Assembly (NCBI GenBank): GCA_028023455.1
Contig: JAQFVV010000005.1
Coordinates: forward strand, 13,826,001-13,890,000
Source: Epiperipatus broadwayi
Taxonomy: Eukaryota; Animalia; Onychophora
Direction: 5' to 3'
DNA length: 64,000 nt
Shown here: positions 13,827-28,051 of the stretch, one piece after another
Layout of the letters: each line of letters starts with the position of its first letter
Numbering within the stretch: the stretch's first letter is position 1
Translations under genes and position numbers: made by a program
Notes under the pieces: generated by a model
Databases searched by the model: none
Seen by the model: only the letters and a program-made list of their open reading frames with translations
Told to the model about the DNA's origin: nothing

Positions 13827-16800
13827 TTTAATGTAATTTACATATAGATAAACATTTAAATTAAATACTATTCTGTTTATTGTATCACTTATAAATAATA
13901 TTGTCTTTGAAGAGTCAAATGTGATATTATCAGTATATAAGTAGTGATGTGTTATGGGAACAATTCCCAGTAGAAAACATGAACTTACAAATATCATCAG
14001 TTTGAATTTTAATTTATTCAGGTAATAAAATCACAATGATCCTTCTTTTAAAAGTGAAATTCCTCAGATATTAATTATTTGCAATCTAAAACAACAACAA
14101 AAAATCTTCATAAGTAACATTATGCATGGATGTTTCAATTTTTTGCCCAGTCAGGTTGTAATGTCTTGGAAATAGGATAATATCGCCAAATAATGACAAT
14201 TATTACCAGTGACTGATTACAATTGACTGCTATTCCTTTAATATAAATTATCATTTCAAATTTACATTTAAATAATAAAATCCAATGAGTTCTAATATTA
14301 AAACTACATTATAAAATAATAAATTATGTTGTAATACTACTGACAGTCATGAAAATTTTATGGTTTTTTCAATAATATTCAAATACATAGATCAGTTAAT
14401 AATCCTATCATGGGTAAAGTGATAAAATAGCCATAAGTTTATAACAGGACACAACTCCTCCGCATTTTTTTATGCAGCAGATACCTATTTGTCAACAATA
14501 CAAAATTAAAAATACTAAAAATCTCAAAATCCTCAGCTGGAAAAAATTTCAAACTTTCACTGCAATTTAAACCCTACACCATGGATATGATTGGAGAATA
14601 TGATAATCTCTATGACACAATACCACACACACAATATATTGCAATGGTCAAATTATAAATTGTTTATACTTTCATTAAAAGCCAAGAAAAAATGAAAAAT
14701 TGCAATCTGGGCAAAAGATCCTTTAAGCAGATATCTCATCTTCAATATAATCAAATTTCTATTTAAATACTAACTGTAAACAAGAGTTGAACACAATGAG
14801 AGAAACATTTAATGTGCTAGTGGTGTATTTTTAAGTCATATCTTGACTTTTTTTTACTTTAGATATAGAATCCTGTGATAATGATAAAAAGTCTTAGACT
14901 GAAAAATATTTTCATAAGCTGTATGAAAAAATGTCAGATTCGACAGAATTTAAATAAGATTAAAGTTATTGTTATTCAATTGGCTGGAAAATCAGTATCT
15001 AGAACTGTTGAACTATTTTAATCATTAACAACTAATTAACTCAAGGTAATGACTGTAATTAGCAAAAGACATGATAACAAAACTTGCAGAACTAGCTGGT
15101 GATAATAATCAATGCTGACTGATGGGAAATGATAGATATTAAGAAAAAGTTCTATTAAAAAATGCAGAAATCAATATTTATTTAAACATTCTAGTATCTA
15201 CCAAAGTAATTTACTATTAATGTTATACTATTTTACTGATATTAGCATTATAAAAATAGCATAAGCAAAAAATAACAGGAAGTATGTGTCACATTGTTAG
15301 GCGAATCATCATTTACATATTTTCCAATGAATGGAGTCATTTGTCAAACAATTTTCAAAAACTCAAAATCATTCTGCCTTTTTTCAAGTTGATGGCAAAT
15401 AATGATGAATTATTACAAATAGTAATCATAATATTGGTGGATAACATGTATACATAAAACTGTGACACTGTCAAGATTTGAGATATGGTCCTTATTTCAA
15501 ACTGTATACTTCAGAGTGCATAGTAATTGAAAATTTTATAAACAAGTTGCCAGGCAACATTTTGTCTTCCAAAAATGGTAATATTTTAAACTATACAACA
15601 CATTGTTAAATATTCAAAAAGCATGAGCGATATTATACCCCTTTCATGTTCTTCAACCATTTAAATTAAATGATTGTCATAGTTTATTCTTAATAAGTGA
15701 GTAAGAGATAAATATTCTTTCTTTATCTTTTATAAAAGTTGAGATTTTTAACAATGAGGAATGGTTAAATATTCATTTGACTATTGTTTAAGTGATATAT
15801 AATTATATCTTGTAGATAACACAAATAATTATTGATAACTTTATATAGTCCTATACCATATTTAGAAAAATATTAGAAGTTTCAGTTTGTATAAACATAT
15901 GTATATAATTTTTTCTGTTCAAAAACAGCAAGACCACTAGAGAACTATAGCAAAGCATTTGATCATGTTCATTTATTCTAACATTGGATGTGGTGCTAGA
16001 ATGGAAAATTTTGGAATTTGAAGTTCATGGATTATGTCCAGTTCTGTTATTTCTGATACTCAAGTTTCTTATGAATTACAAACTTAAATAAATGATTAAG
16101 ATGATAAACACCTGTAAATTTATTAAGTACTGCTAATGTCAATGATAAGTAATGTATTTTAAGTTAATAATGCTAGTTTAGCTGTGATATAATCATTTAA
16201 AATGTTTAAAAAGCTTGTATTAATTTTAAAGTTCAGAAACTAGTGTCAAACCCTATTTTTGATTTGGTGGTACCTAAAACAAAAGATATATTTTAATTCA
16301 TTTTAGTGTTAACATATAATATTCTATTAAATATTTAGGCTAATTTAATTAGAAAAGAATTTAATAAAGCTAGTAATTAAAGTTAGAATTTTAAAGTAAT
16401 GAATATTGGATGAATGAATAAATATTATACTTATTTCATATTTATTTAAAAATATTCTTAAAAACAATTTAAAACTTATTCTGAGAATTGTCTAAACTTA
16501 AAACACTTAATAAATAAAGGTATTAAATTGTATTAATATTCATTTATTAAAGATGTAATATAAATTTTAATTATGTAATATTTTTATTTTATTCTGGTAT
16601 TTGTAATTTTAATTGTTTATTTTTGTTTGCAACCAGTAAGTGTTTTTAATTAATTTCAAGCATCTAAAAAAATTGTTCATTATAAAATTAAATATTAATT
16701 AGATAATTTTTGATTAACAACCTTCCCTAGCGGTAAATAAGTTAAGGATTTGAACTAATTAGGAAAAATGGTTGTGGGTTAAAAGGTTAATAAATATTCT

Positions 16801-17904
16801 GGTATGATTACATGACTAAATCATATAAATGAGGGCAGACAGACATCTGATTCACTCAGGAATTATCACAATCTTTTCTCAATTCACTCCAACTGTTTAA
16901 TTTATAGCAGTTATATTTTAAATTTTAAAAAGTGTAATTTTCTTTAAATTTTATTTTTAAGCTCAGTATGTTACACTGAACTAAAATTATTTAGGACCAC
17001 TTATCTGAACTGAAACACCAAAGGGACTGAAATATCTATACCTGCCAATTTCAGTGGTAATGTATTTCATTATTACAATGTTTACAATATTATCTTTTGA
17101 ATTTACTATGTTGGAAAACTTTACAAGTTATTGTTATTACTATTATTATGACTTAAGAATAATTGTCAATTTCAAAGTCCAATTGAACATTTGATTAATT
17201 AAAGTTGCCATGGAATATTTAAATTTCTTATTGGCAAGAACATTACTGAAAATATTAATAATTTCTTGATATTTTCTTTAAAATATACATTTTGACAAAT
17301 TATCTAGAATTTATTTACCTAAAGTAAAAACTCTTTAAAAGTGAAGATAAGAACTGTATTTTGATATAACGAATGTATACATCAGATATCTATGAATTTA
17401 TTAAGCCTACAAAAGAAAGAGTTAAACTGATAATTTATACTTCAATAAAATATATTTGTGCTTATTTACATAAGAACTCTGGCTAACTTATTGAAGCACA
17501 AATAAAAGAACTCATTCATTATGACTATTTCCATTTTCTTCCCCTGTAGAAGAAAGAAATCATTTTGTCCAGGCAGGGTAATAATGAAAATCAACATACA
17601 ATGAACTATTAATAAATATTATGTGAAATTTGAAAATGTTTCAATTAATCAAAATTGGAAATATAAAATCTACCTAAACTTAAATGACTTTTCTACATTT
17701 TAATTATTTTATAATAGCTGCAAAATGTTTAAAACCTGTAGGTTATTTTTTTCCTATGAATGTTGCTATGGAGACTGCTGCAGTCATGAAGATGATATTT
17801 AAATTAAATATTTCCTCCCATAAATATTTGATAAATCTTATTTATAAGAAGTACTCTATTATACAATATTCATATTGCTAATACAAATTTGGCTGCAGAA
17901 AGTT

Positions 17905-20900
17905 TTCTATTAACTGAAAGAAGACCCTTTGATTCCTCTTGGAGGCCTTAAAGAAACCAAGCAGGGCAAATTCCTAATGTCCACTCCATATGTTCTTATC
18001 ATTTGCAACTGTTATTACCATGTGATTATTCATATAGTATACGAAACATGGATGGGCTGCTCACCAACATGCATTAGCCAGAGTGGTGAGTTTATTGGCT
18101 TTTTACCTCCGAGTTTAAGAAATATATTTTCAATATATACAATCATGACAGACAAAAATAAATCATGGCCCTTATTCCCAGGAGGCTGTAAAGTCACCGA
18201 CCAAGGTAGCAGTTGATGGCCACATGCGGAGGGTGCTAAAAATCCCCCGATAGCAGACTCAGGCTGCCATTTGAGATGACTTTTTTATTTAGGTACTTAC
18301 AACTGCAAATCCCTTTCAAGTGAAGGAAGATTGCAAGAGTTAAAAGAACTGTCTTATATTAAATGGGACATTATTGTACTTTGTGAAGTTAGAAGAAAAG
18401 GTGAAGAAACGATTTAAAAAGTGGACATATACTCTACTATAAAGGCACAAATATTGGAAATACAAGTGGAGTAGGATTCATTATAAATAAAAAATGAAAG
18501 AATAACATTGAGGAGATTGATGGTGTATCAGACAGAGTGGCAAGATTAGTTTTACAACTTAATAGCAGATACCAAATGCAGATAATTCAGGTTTATGCCC
18601 CAACAAGTTCTCATAGTGATGAGGTTACAGAAGATTTTTATATGAATGTACAAAAGACTTTTGATCAGAGTAAGCAACATTTTAAAATTGTTATGGGAGA
18701 CTTTAATGCTAGAATTGGTAAACAAATGAAAGATGAAAGTGCTGTAGGTAATTTTGGTTATGGTAATAAAAATAAGAGATGACATAGACTTGTGGAGTTT
18801 GCAGAAAAACAAAAACTTTATATTATGATCTTTTTTTGAGAAAAATGTTAAAAGGAAATGGACATGGAAGCATCCAAATGAAGGTACAGCAGAATTGGAT
18901 TATATTTTGACTAACCAAAAATATATATTTCAAGATTGTAATGTTCTTAATAAATTTAACACAGGAAGTGATCATCGATTAGTAAGATGTAAGATACATG
19001 TTAATGCAAAACTAGAAAGACAAAATTTATTAAGAAAAACAATATTTACAGTTGATATTCCTAATCTTCAGAAACATTCTAATAAATTTAAATTAGAACT
19101 TACAAACCAGTTTCAAGTATTAGTAGATTTTGAACATGATTCAGATTTGAATGATATTAATAGGAAAATAAGTGATACACTTTTAAAAACTGCAACAAAA
19201 ATAGCTGGTAGAAAAAAGCAGCAATTGACCAATAAAATTTCTATTGAGACTAGAGAATTTATGAAGAAAAGAAGGAAAATGAAGATATACAACAATGGTG
19301 CATTAAAAAAGATTGAATATCTCGAATTTTGTAAAATGGTGTGGAAAAAAGTTGAAAATGATATAAGAAAGTGTAATTGTGAACTAGCAAGAGTGTAAAA
19401 CAACCTTTTGGTATTGGTAGGAAATTTATATCTGCAATAAGAAAAAAAGATGGCATTATTACTAAGAAGAGAGTTGTGTTGAAGACTTCTATCAAGAATT
19501 ATATAGTAATAAAGAACAAGTGCCTCTTATACCTATTATATCTTCCGAATTGCCCAGAATTTTGAATGAGGAAGTGAGACATGCAATTAAATTTATGAAG
19601 AAAGGGAAGGCTCCAGGTAATGATGGAATTTTAATTGATATATTAAAAGCAGGTGAAGAAATAGAATTTTTTTTAGTAAAGTTATATACCAAATGTCTAA
19701 ATGATAAAGATGTACCAGATGATTGGAAGAATGCAGTATTAATATTTAAAAAAGGTGATAAAGAAGATATTAGAAATTACAGACCTATCAGTCTTTTATC
19801 AGTTTTATACAAAAAATTTTACTAAGATAATTACAACTCGTTTACAAAAAACACTGGATTTCCACCAACCAAAAGAACAAGCTGGATTTAAAAGTGGTTT
19901 TAGTACAGTAGATCATATCCAGGTATTGAGAGAAATTATAGAAAGGACAAATGAATATGAGTTGCTATTATGCTTAGGATTTGTAGACTATGAAAAGGCA
20001 TTTGATTTTATAAACATTTTTTCAGTGATTAAAGCATTGGATCATCAAGTTATAGATCCAGGATATTGTCATATTTTGAAGAATATTTATAAAAATGCAA
20101 CAGCAACAATTAGATTACATAATGATACTGGGAAAGTCAATATTGAGAAAGGTGTAAAACAAGGTGACTCCATTACAACAGTGCTGCAAGAAGTATTTTG
20201 TGGATTAAAATGGGAAACTAAAAGGGTGAAAGTAAATGGAGATTATTTCAGTCATTTAGATTTCACAGATGATGTAGTTGTTTTTGCAAATAATGCTTCA
20301 GAGCTGCATAAAATGTTGCAGGAGTTATCAGATGAAAGTAGGACTAAAGATAAATGTTAAAAAGACTAAAGTAATGTTTAATCAATTTCCTCAAAATATG
20401 AAAATAAAGATTGATTATGATTAATTAGAAGAAGTTAACAGTTACAAATACCTTGGTCAGATTATTAATACTGATGGAAACATAATGGATGAAATTAATC
20501 ATAGAATTAAACTTGGTTGGAATGCTTTTGGTAGAAATAACTTGATACTGAACAGAAATATGCCTATGTGTTTGAAAAGGTTTTTAATAAATGTGTTTTG
20601 CCAGTTCTTACTTATGGATCTGACACTTGGACACACAATAGAAGAGCAACACAGAGGCTTCAGACCACTCAAAGAAGTATGGAGCGATGCATGTTGGGGG
20701 TAACAAGAAGAGATCGAAAACCCAATGAATGGGTAAGAGAACAAACAGGTGTTACTGACCTCATTGAAAAAATTAAGACTGAAATAGAGTTGAACTGGAC
20801 ATATTGCTAGAAGAGATGATAATAGATGGACAATTAAAAGTTTAAACTGGATTCCCAGAGATTGTAAAAGACCCAGAAAGAGACCATATATGAGATGGAT

Positions 20901-21012
20901 GATTGAGATAAGAAAGAGTACAGGGGTGATGTGGAGAAAAAAAGCTAAAGATAGGAAAAGATGGATTGAACTTGGAGAGACCTTCATCCTGCAGTGGATT
21001 GATAATGATGAT
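17905..21012 (+). mobile_element. near-full-length degenerate RTE-clade non-LTR retrotransposon (APE endonuclease + RT)
   Basis: GTYNCKSLSSEGRL..KWDII..CEVRRKGE, IIQVYAPT, VMGDFNARIG and SDHRLV (APE). [43 protein letters not shown] and HLDFTDD (RT). (GAT)n tail; many frameshifts and stops. Confidence 0.95.
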
Positions 21013-21649
21013 TTGTACAGATAAGAAAATGAATATACTCAGAAAATCATTAAAATATTTTTATTTATAAGTTATTTGAAACAAAAATCCTGTGATGACC
21101 CAAATGTTAGTCATTATCTAAACTACATTTATGTCTTGCCATAGTCTAAGCTGAATTCATTAATTACTTCATAGTATGACTCAAGGACTAATAAATACCA
21201 TTTGATAGATGAAAGTATTTCATGTAAAATGTATTTTCATTGATATAATATAGACTGACATGAGCATTAAAAGGTTATTTTTCAACTATTCTGAACTCTC
21301 TAAATTTGTTTTTTTTCATTTTTGAATATACTTTATATATTAAAAAGGATTGTGATTTGGGTTCAAAATGCTGACCTATTTAGATCGTATTTTTAACCAT
21401 TTTTCTAGTTTCTGCAAACCATTGGTAGAAACAGTTTTGATATATACATTATTGCCAATTTATCTTCCAATATCCCTCCCCATCAAACAAATAAATAAAG
21501 ATATCAGAAAAAGTAAAATGATTCCCATGATGAACTGGTGAAATATCTTTATCACTTGATCAAATTGTGTCAAATATGTTTATCACCATTCATGATTTTT
21601 TCATTGTATTTTATTATGACAATCTACATAATCATATCTTTAATAACAA

Positions 21650-22430
21650 TTTTATCATACAATCTCTCGGGATTCAATTTAAGTCTTCAACTATCCCTTT
21701 TTTATTATCTCTTTCAGCAGAATGCTAAGCCCAGTTCCATTTCAATTTCTTAATTCTTTCAATGATGTAGTACTACCTGCTTGTTTGTTCGCTTCACATA
21801 TATTTCATTTTCAATCTCTTTTTACAACTCCTAATATATATGTCTTTCCATACTTTGTTGAGTGATCTGAAGTCTCTGAATTGTTCCTTTGTTAAGTGTC
21901 CAAGTGTTGAATCCATTAGTATGAGCTAGTAAAATACATTATTAAAAACTTTCCTGTTTAAACACAGGCATATTATTTTTTTAATAATTATTTCTATCAA
22001 AAACACTTTATCTAAGTTTAATTCAATAATTAATGTCATTCATTATGTTTCTATTGTTATAATAATCTGATGAAGGTATTTTCAATTGTTAACATTCCTA
22101 ATTCATGATTATCAATTTTCTTCTGAGGAAACCAATTAAATATTATTTTTAGTACTTATCTGGTACATATTTTGCTTTCATTTAATAGCTTTTGCAACTT
22201 TCCCTGAAACTCTGAAACATGGGCAAAAACAAACACATCATCTGAAAAATCTAGTTGACATAAGTAATCTCCATTTATTTTTATTCCCTAGCTTCTCATT
22301 TTAATCCACAAAATGCTTATTAAAAAATATTGCAGTAAAAAGTTTGGAGATATGGAATCTCATATTAATCTTCATATCCTCATGTAATTTAATCATAATT
22401 ATTGCATTTATATTGTACTCTTTTGTTTAG
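21650..22430 (-). mobile_element. older degraded RTE fragment (RT C-terminal part)
   Basis: Reverse strand gives YLCQLDFSDDVFVFAH and IERIKKLKWNWA-like segments homologous to the RTE at 17905-21012. Confidence 0.75.
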
Positions 22431-23352
22431 GTAAGAATGAATTGTTTATATCAATTTACTGGAAAATTTTAAATTTCAAAAATAAGTAAAGGAATGATGT
22501 ATGTTATGTGTTGATGATCTTTTAATAATCTAGTTAGGGCAAGTGAAATAGTTGATGTATAATATTGTGTTAGTATTTGAAAGAAAACAGTTAACTAAAA
22601 ATCATTATAAGATTGTATGGTTGGGAAAACTGGCCGTAGTAAATACTGATTTAATAAGTCTTATAAATAAATGATTAAAGTAAATTTTAAATGCAGTAAT
22701 TTAAAGTTAAACGAATAGACTATTTAATAATAATAATTGTATTTTAATAGTTATATTTAAAAATCATTTAATTAAAAGTATTAATGTGGGACAAGTGCAT
22801 AGTTGATTTTATAATATTGGAATAATTATTTTAAAATTTCGCTATATTATTTTACATAATATTTTGTAAATTAAATTATTTATTTTATTTTTTAGTTAAA
22901 TTAGCATCTCATGTATTTTTGTAAACCACGTGATGTGTAAATATTCACACGTGCGATTGCAAAGTTTTTTAATAAAGTAAAACTATTTTAAAATTTTAAG
23001 ATAAGATTTAAAAATAATAGATCTGTTTATTCAGGGATAAAATAATATTATCTGCTATAAATATTAAATTGGATCTTTAAAGTGAATATAATAAATATAA
23101 TTAGATTTGTATTTTATTTTGAAAATAAATACGTTTTGTTTAAAAGGATAGAAATAGTAATAAATAGTGTAATGTTATTTTTAAAACTTATTTTAGAGCA
23201 TTTATTAAGTGTAAATAAAATATGAAAATTAATTAAGAATTGAATAATGTAATAAAAAATAAATATTTAGTAAATTATTATTTGTTTTAACTTTAATCAT
23301 CATTGTTTTTTTCCCAGGGTCCTTGGAGATAAGTATTGTTTAATTGTCCAAT

Positions 23353-23426
23353 CAGATGTAAAGTAGGCTTGAGTATATAAGAGCTGCACCAGATGTGGAG
23401 TAGGCTTGAGTATATAAGAGCTGCAC
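23353..23426 (+). repeat. 37-bp tandem duplication containing TATATAAG
   Basis: CAGATGTAAAGTAGGCTTGAGTATATAAGAGCTGCAC followed by CAGATGTGGAGTAGGCTTGAGTATATAAGAGCTGCAC. Confidence 0.9.
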
Positions 23427-26400
23427 AGATTTTGCAGATTGCTATTATTTTAATTCTTACTATTGTTATTATTACTGCAACTTTAGTAATAGTCAATTTT
23501 ATCATTTTTAATTTTAAAAAAAAAGATATTAACTCATTATTATTAGTTCGTGGGATATAGAAATGCGTTACTACAAAATTAAGTAATTCCTTACTTGCTA
23601 ATCTATTTCATCAACTTAAACATGGAGGAGTCATCATTAAACTTAAATTTATGGAGGAAAATATTGAATTATTTATCTACTAGGCACATAATTTTGCCTG
23701 TGTTAAGCGTTCATGCTAACATAATAATAACTTTAATAGACCAAACTTCACGGAGAAGATTCAGAAAAGCTCATCAGAGATGGAAAGTAAAAAATATCTG
23801 AACGTAAAAATAACAATTATTTAATACACTGAAATATTTCTTTATGAAGAAATAAATATTGAAATTGATTTTTGACAAATATAATTTTTTTTAAAAATTA
23901 AAAAATGAAGATTATTGGTAAAATATAATTTATATTACATTGGAAAAATCTTCAAAATAAAAGTTGTTGTATGCTGGACATACAGAATGTATTTGGAAAA
24001 GTATTTATAAAGATATCTAAAACTATAATAATACATACTACGGATGCCGTGTTGTATCCAGGAACATTGACCTATGGGAAATTTAACTGAAAGCAGTAAA
24101 GTTTTAGAAGATATCTGTCGTAATAGAGGATTAAAAATGCATTTAATAATTAGTTGGAAATAAAAAAAAAACCTGAACTATTTGTATTTTACAAGTTGAC
24201 TTACTTTTGTTTTGTTTTCTTTATTCTTTAAAAGAATCGTTGTTCATGTCGTGAAAGTGGAAGTATTGGAGCATGTGTAGTTTTTTTTGTGTTAAAGGAA
24301 AATGTTTTTGTCAACAAATGCTGGAGGACAATTTCCATAACGAACTTTGTCATTTTTGTAAATATGAATTTTAAATCTTACTTTACTAACTTTTATCATA
24401 ATGTTTATAAAATAGAAAAGGGTAGGAAGATAAGACATTAAATTATTTACTAACCTAGTGATTAATTGTTATAAAAAAATCTTTAATAATTTTAAAAAAA
24501 AAGTTTAATATTTTAAAGTATGATGATGTGGAATGAGTGATATTTAAATGTTTTTATTTAGTTCGTGATTCAGAAATATTAATGGAATAATCGACAAAGA
24601 AGACATTATTGATGGTAACAATTATAAAAGTATTGAGCATTTTCTTATGTATTTTATTATTGTATATTTTAGTGTGGATGTATGAAATGAGTATGAAAAA
24701 CACAATACATACATATAGTTTATAATTTGTTTATTCATATTAAAGAATATGCATACTTTTAATAATATTATAAGTACATTTTAATATAAGGGAAATGTAA
24801 GTACAGTATATGATTCTATTATAACTGAATTTAAGGTTTATTTTAAGTGATAAAAAATAAACTGGGATTTGGATAATGATTATTTGTATTTATGTTTAAA
24901 GTTACTAAGGGATAAAATAATCTTTTCTTCTTGATTGGTTAGATGGTTATTTCAGACATGAATTTATTTATTGTTACAAGAATGTAGGAATAGATTTAGC
25001 GATGTAAGCTTGGTATTAAGTTAAATAGGACCAAGATAATATTTTGTGTAGGATTTGTTTATATGGGAATAAGTATAGACGATAGTGGTTATTGTGCAAG
25101 TATAGATAACTTAGCCCTATAGCTTGTATATGTTCGTGGTAGTGTTATTTTCTGTATGTTGAAGTTGTAATGTTCCAGAGCAGCTGAATAGATAGCTTGG
25201 ACATTATGTTTATTAGTAGAGGTGATGAACCAAAAGTCATACCTTATTTATGATACACTGTGACCATGATGGTTATTTAATAGAAGTGCTATTAAATTAA
25301 AATCTAATTTATTCCATATACCTACTTGTGTATTTACTATCGATATTGCTTGGATTGTATCATAAAGGATAGTATTTCGAAAGATGAATGTTTAAAATGC
25401 AGAATTGTTATTAAAGAGGATAAGATGGGTTATATTGTTTTAAAAGTAAGGATATGAGTAAGGGTAAAGAGTACAAGATTATAACTTGTTAATAAGGAAT
25501 CATAAACTTTTTATGGTTGGGACTCATTATTTATTACAAATAAATAAATTATGAATGAAATGTGTTTTTTTAAAGATATTATTTAATCATTAAGTTTTTA
25601 AAAAATTCAATTTTAATGCATATTTTTACAAGTAAAAGAAATATACATAAATCACATTTGAAGAATATAAGTGATCATAATTTTGTATAAAAATTATTTT
25701 ACAATAATAACACATCAATACTTACATTTTATTTGATATTACATTGATGAGTAATAAGCAGTCTAGATTAATGGATATGTTATTAAGATTATTTACATTA
25801 TGAATAGGTTAGGAAAAATTATATGAGATAATAAAAGTATTTTAAAAACTAAATAATAAAGATATATTGAATTAATAATTTAAGTAATACTTTTTACAAT
25901 GTAATAATTTAAAGAAACTTAATGGAGGCCATAAAGATATTATGGTAATATTGTAATAATAAGAATCTTATAAAGCAATTTTTTTTGTATCTGATATTTT
26001 TTTTATTTAATTCATTTTTTGTGAGATTACCTAAATGGGAGTAAAACAAAGTTCATTCATATTGTATATAATTTATTGTTGAAGTTTATTAATAAATTTG
26101 TTAAGTTTTGTTATAAATCTTGGTGTCGACTCAATTTCTTCACATCACAATTACATAATCACAGATAATTAGAATTAAGACATGATATTTGCACCACATA
26201 AATAAAGTTATTATTTAAGAGTTATGTTTTATTGATATAATTTTAATTAAGAAATTTCATTTATTATATCATTATGATGGTCATAGTATAACCACAGAAT
26301 ATTTACACAGAATTATATTATTTGTGACTGCCACATATTCTCAGATTATAATATACAATACTTGTTTGTTTAAGATGCCAGGTGGAGAATAGAAGATTGT

Positions 26401-26499
26401 ATTACATTATTATTATGTGATATACATAAGTAATATTACAAATAGAAAAATATAAAATTAAATAATAGATTTAAGATTAATATTATTATTTTATTAGTA

Positions 26500-26770
26500 T
26501 TGGTATTAGTTAAATGTAGTTAAGAGTGATCTTAAATCCCTTATCATACTTAATTACAAAAGTTATAATTATTTTAGAATTGTTATAAAAGAATCTGAGA
26601 TAACTTGAGCTAAATCATTTTAATAGATATTCAGATTAATTTATTAAGAGTCATTTACTTGATTAATTTTTATTAGACGTAGGAGTGCTATAGATTTATT
26701 GCTTAAAGTAATGAGTAAGGATAGTATTCTTATGCCATTGAGGTGATATCCTGTGGGATATTGGCTTAAT
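26500..26770 (-). mobile_element. possible highly decayed non-LTR reverse transcriptase remnant
   Basis: Reverse strand has IPQ (~26751-26759), Y*NDLA (26608-26625, YADDL-like) and GFKI (26528-26539) in the order and approximate spacing of RT motifs. Motifs are mutated and out of frame. Confidence 0.3.
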
Positions 26771-28009
26771 GTATTCGTTTTGCCACTTGTAAACTCATTT
26801 CATAGTCTCACGATTTTTATTAAATATTTATTTATTTAAGTTAAGAAACAAAACCATATTATTATGTTAATTTGAACTAATTAATAATAGATAGTATTAA
26901 AGAATATACTTATTATTTATTAGATACATTTTAGATGAACATAATTGTTTATCTGAACTAGATTAATTGTTATTATATATTTCCTAGAAGTGAGGTTACA
27001 ATATATATATTGTAACCCAAAATTCAAGTCACAATTAGGTAGGTGCAAAATATGACTGGTTGAGATGAGTAACTTTTGTGTGGAGTGCTTTTAATATTGA
27101 TTGTGCACTTGCAAAAAGTAAATTAAAATGAATGTATGTTTATTTTCCATATAAAATAAATAATAATTGCTATTTCAAAATTTAATAATACATTAAAATT
27201 TAAAAACAATAAATTTCTTAGGGTATTCTTCTATTAATCATACTATACTCTTAAATACATGTATATATTACAATATCTAAAGTGTAAAGAACTATTTGGA
27301 TACAAATTAATATGTACTTTTAAATAAGGCTAGCAAATAAACTCTCTCTTTCTCTAGGTATGATTAATGTAAAGAAATTTTATTATACATCACCCTATCC
27401 TATAGCAATAGTAATAATAAATGGTATATATAAATTTAATAAACGAATATGTAATGTAATAGTTTGGAAGTATGATATTTTATTTCAACAATATGTAAAG
27501 ACAATGATTTCAATAATCATAAACAAATGTGTTTAAATATAATAATTATTTTATTATAATAACAAATATATAAACAAACAACAAAATTATAAGTGAATAA
27601 TAAACATAATTTGAAAATAAATTTTATAACAATTTTAATAAATATTGTTTGTTCTCTGTGAATAAGCTAATCTTGGGTTATGATTAGGTGTGTAATTCTC
27701 AAGTATTGCAAAACCATGGCAGTCTATTGGAGAGGGTTGAACAAATCTTAATTTTACTTGTAGGAGGTAAGAATAATTTATGCCCTTAATTATCTTTGTA
27801 ACAATAATTAATAATCAACCTTATTCTATAAAAGCTGGCTAGTTTTTAATTCTTTTGGAGTAAGCAGAATTTTTTACTTCATACTCTTAATACTATTAAA
27901 ACAGGCAAAACTCTCTATACGTATTGCCACTTAGTGCAAGCCAGAGTAATCAATGAATGCCAAAAAGGCTTGTGCATAAAATTCCCATCTAGTGCCTACT
28001 CATCCAATA

Positions 28010-28051
28010 TCTCCAGACCAGTTTCTGGCTTGTGGCCTTCATCAGTGAGGA
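28010..28051 (-). ncRNA. type I hammerhead ribozyme motif (A1)
   Basis: Minus strand TCCTCA-CTGATGA-AGGCCACAAGCCA-GAAAC-TG-GTC^TGGAGA. Core intact, one mismatch in helix I. Confidence 0.75.

Larger units (their letters stand above)
7030..15835. repeat. tandem segmental duplication of a ~4.4-kb zinc-finger locus (unit 1 ~7030-11330, unit 2 ~11400-15835)
   Basis: Non-coding flanks are colinear: 7250 AAAATGGATGATGGCAAAGATG vs 11540 AAAATGGATGGTGTCAAAGATA; the TGAAGTCTATTTTGATCAATCTT block occurs at ~7504 and ~11893; 11264-11320 matches 15770-15830. The ZF coding regions are paralogous. Confidence 0.85.

Noticed and set aside
20499-20987. Minus-strand ORFs over RTE copies (also 18552-18812, 19113-19692, 55640-56028)
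   Set aside because: Antisense frames of the retrotransposon ORF.
26770-26796. SGKTNTL as a Walker A motif of a Polinton or viral ATPase
   Set aside because: The upstream glycine is missing, a stop lies just before it and there is no Walker B. The same bases fit a decayed RT no worse.
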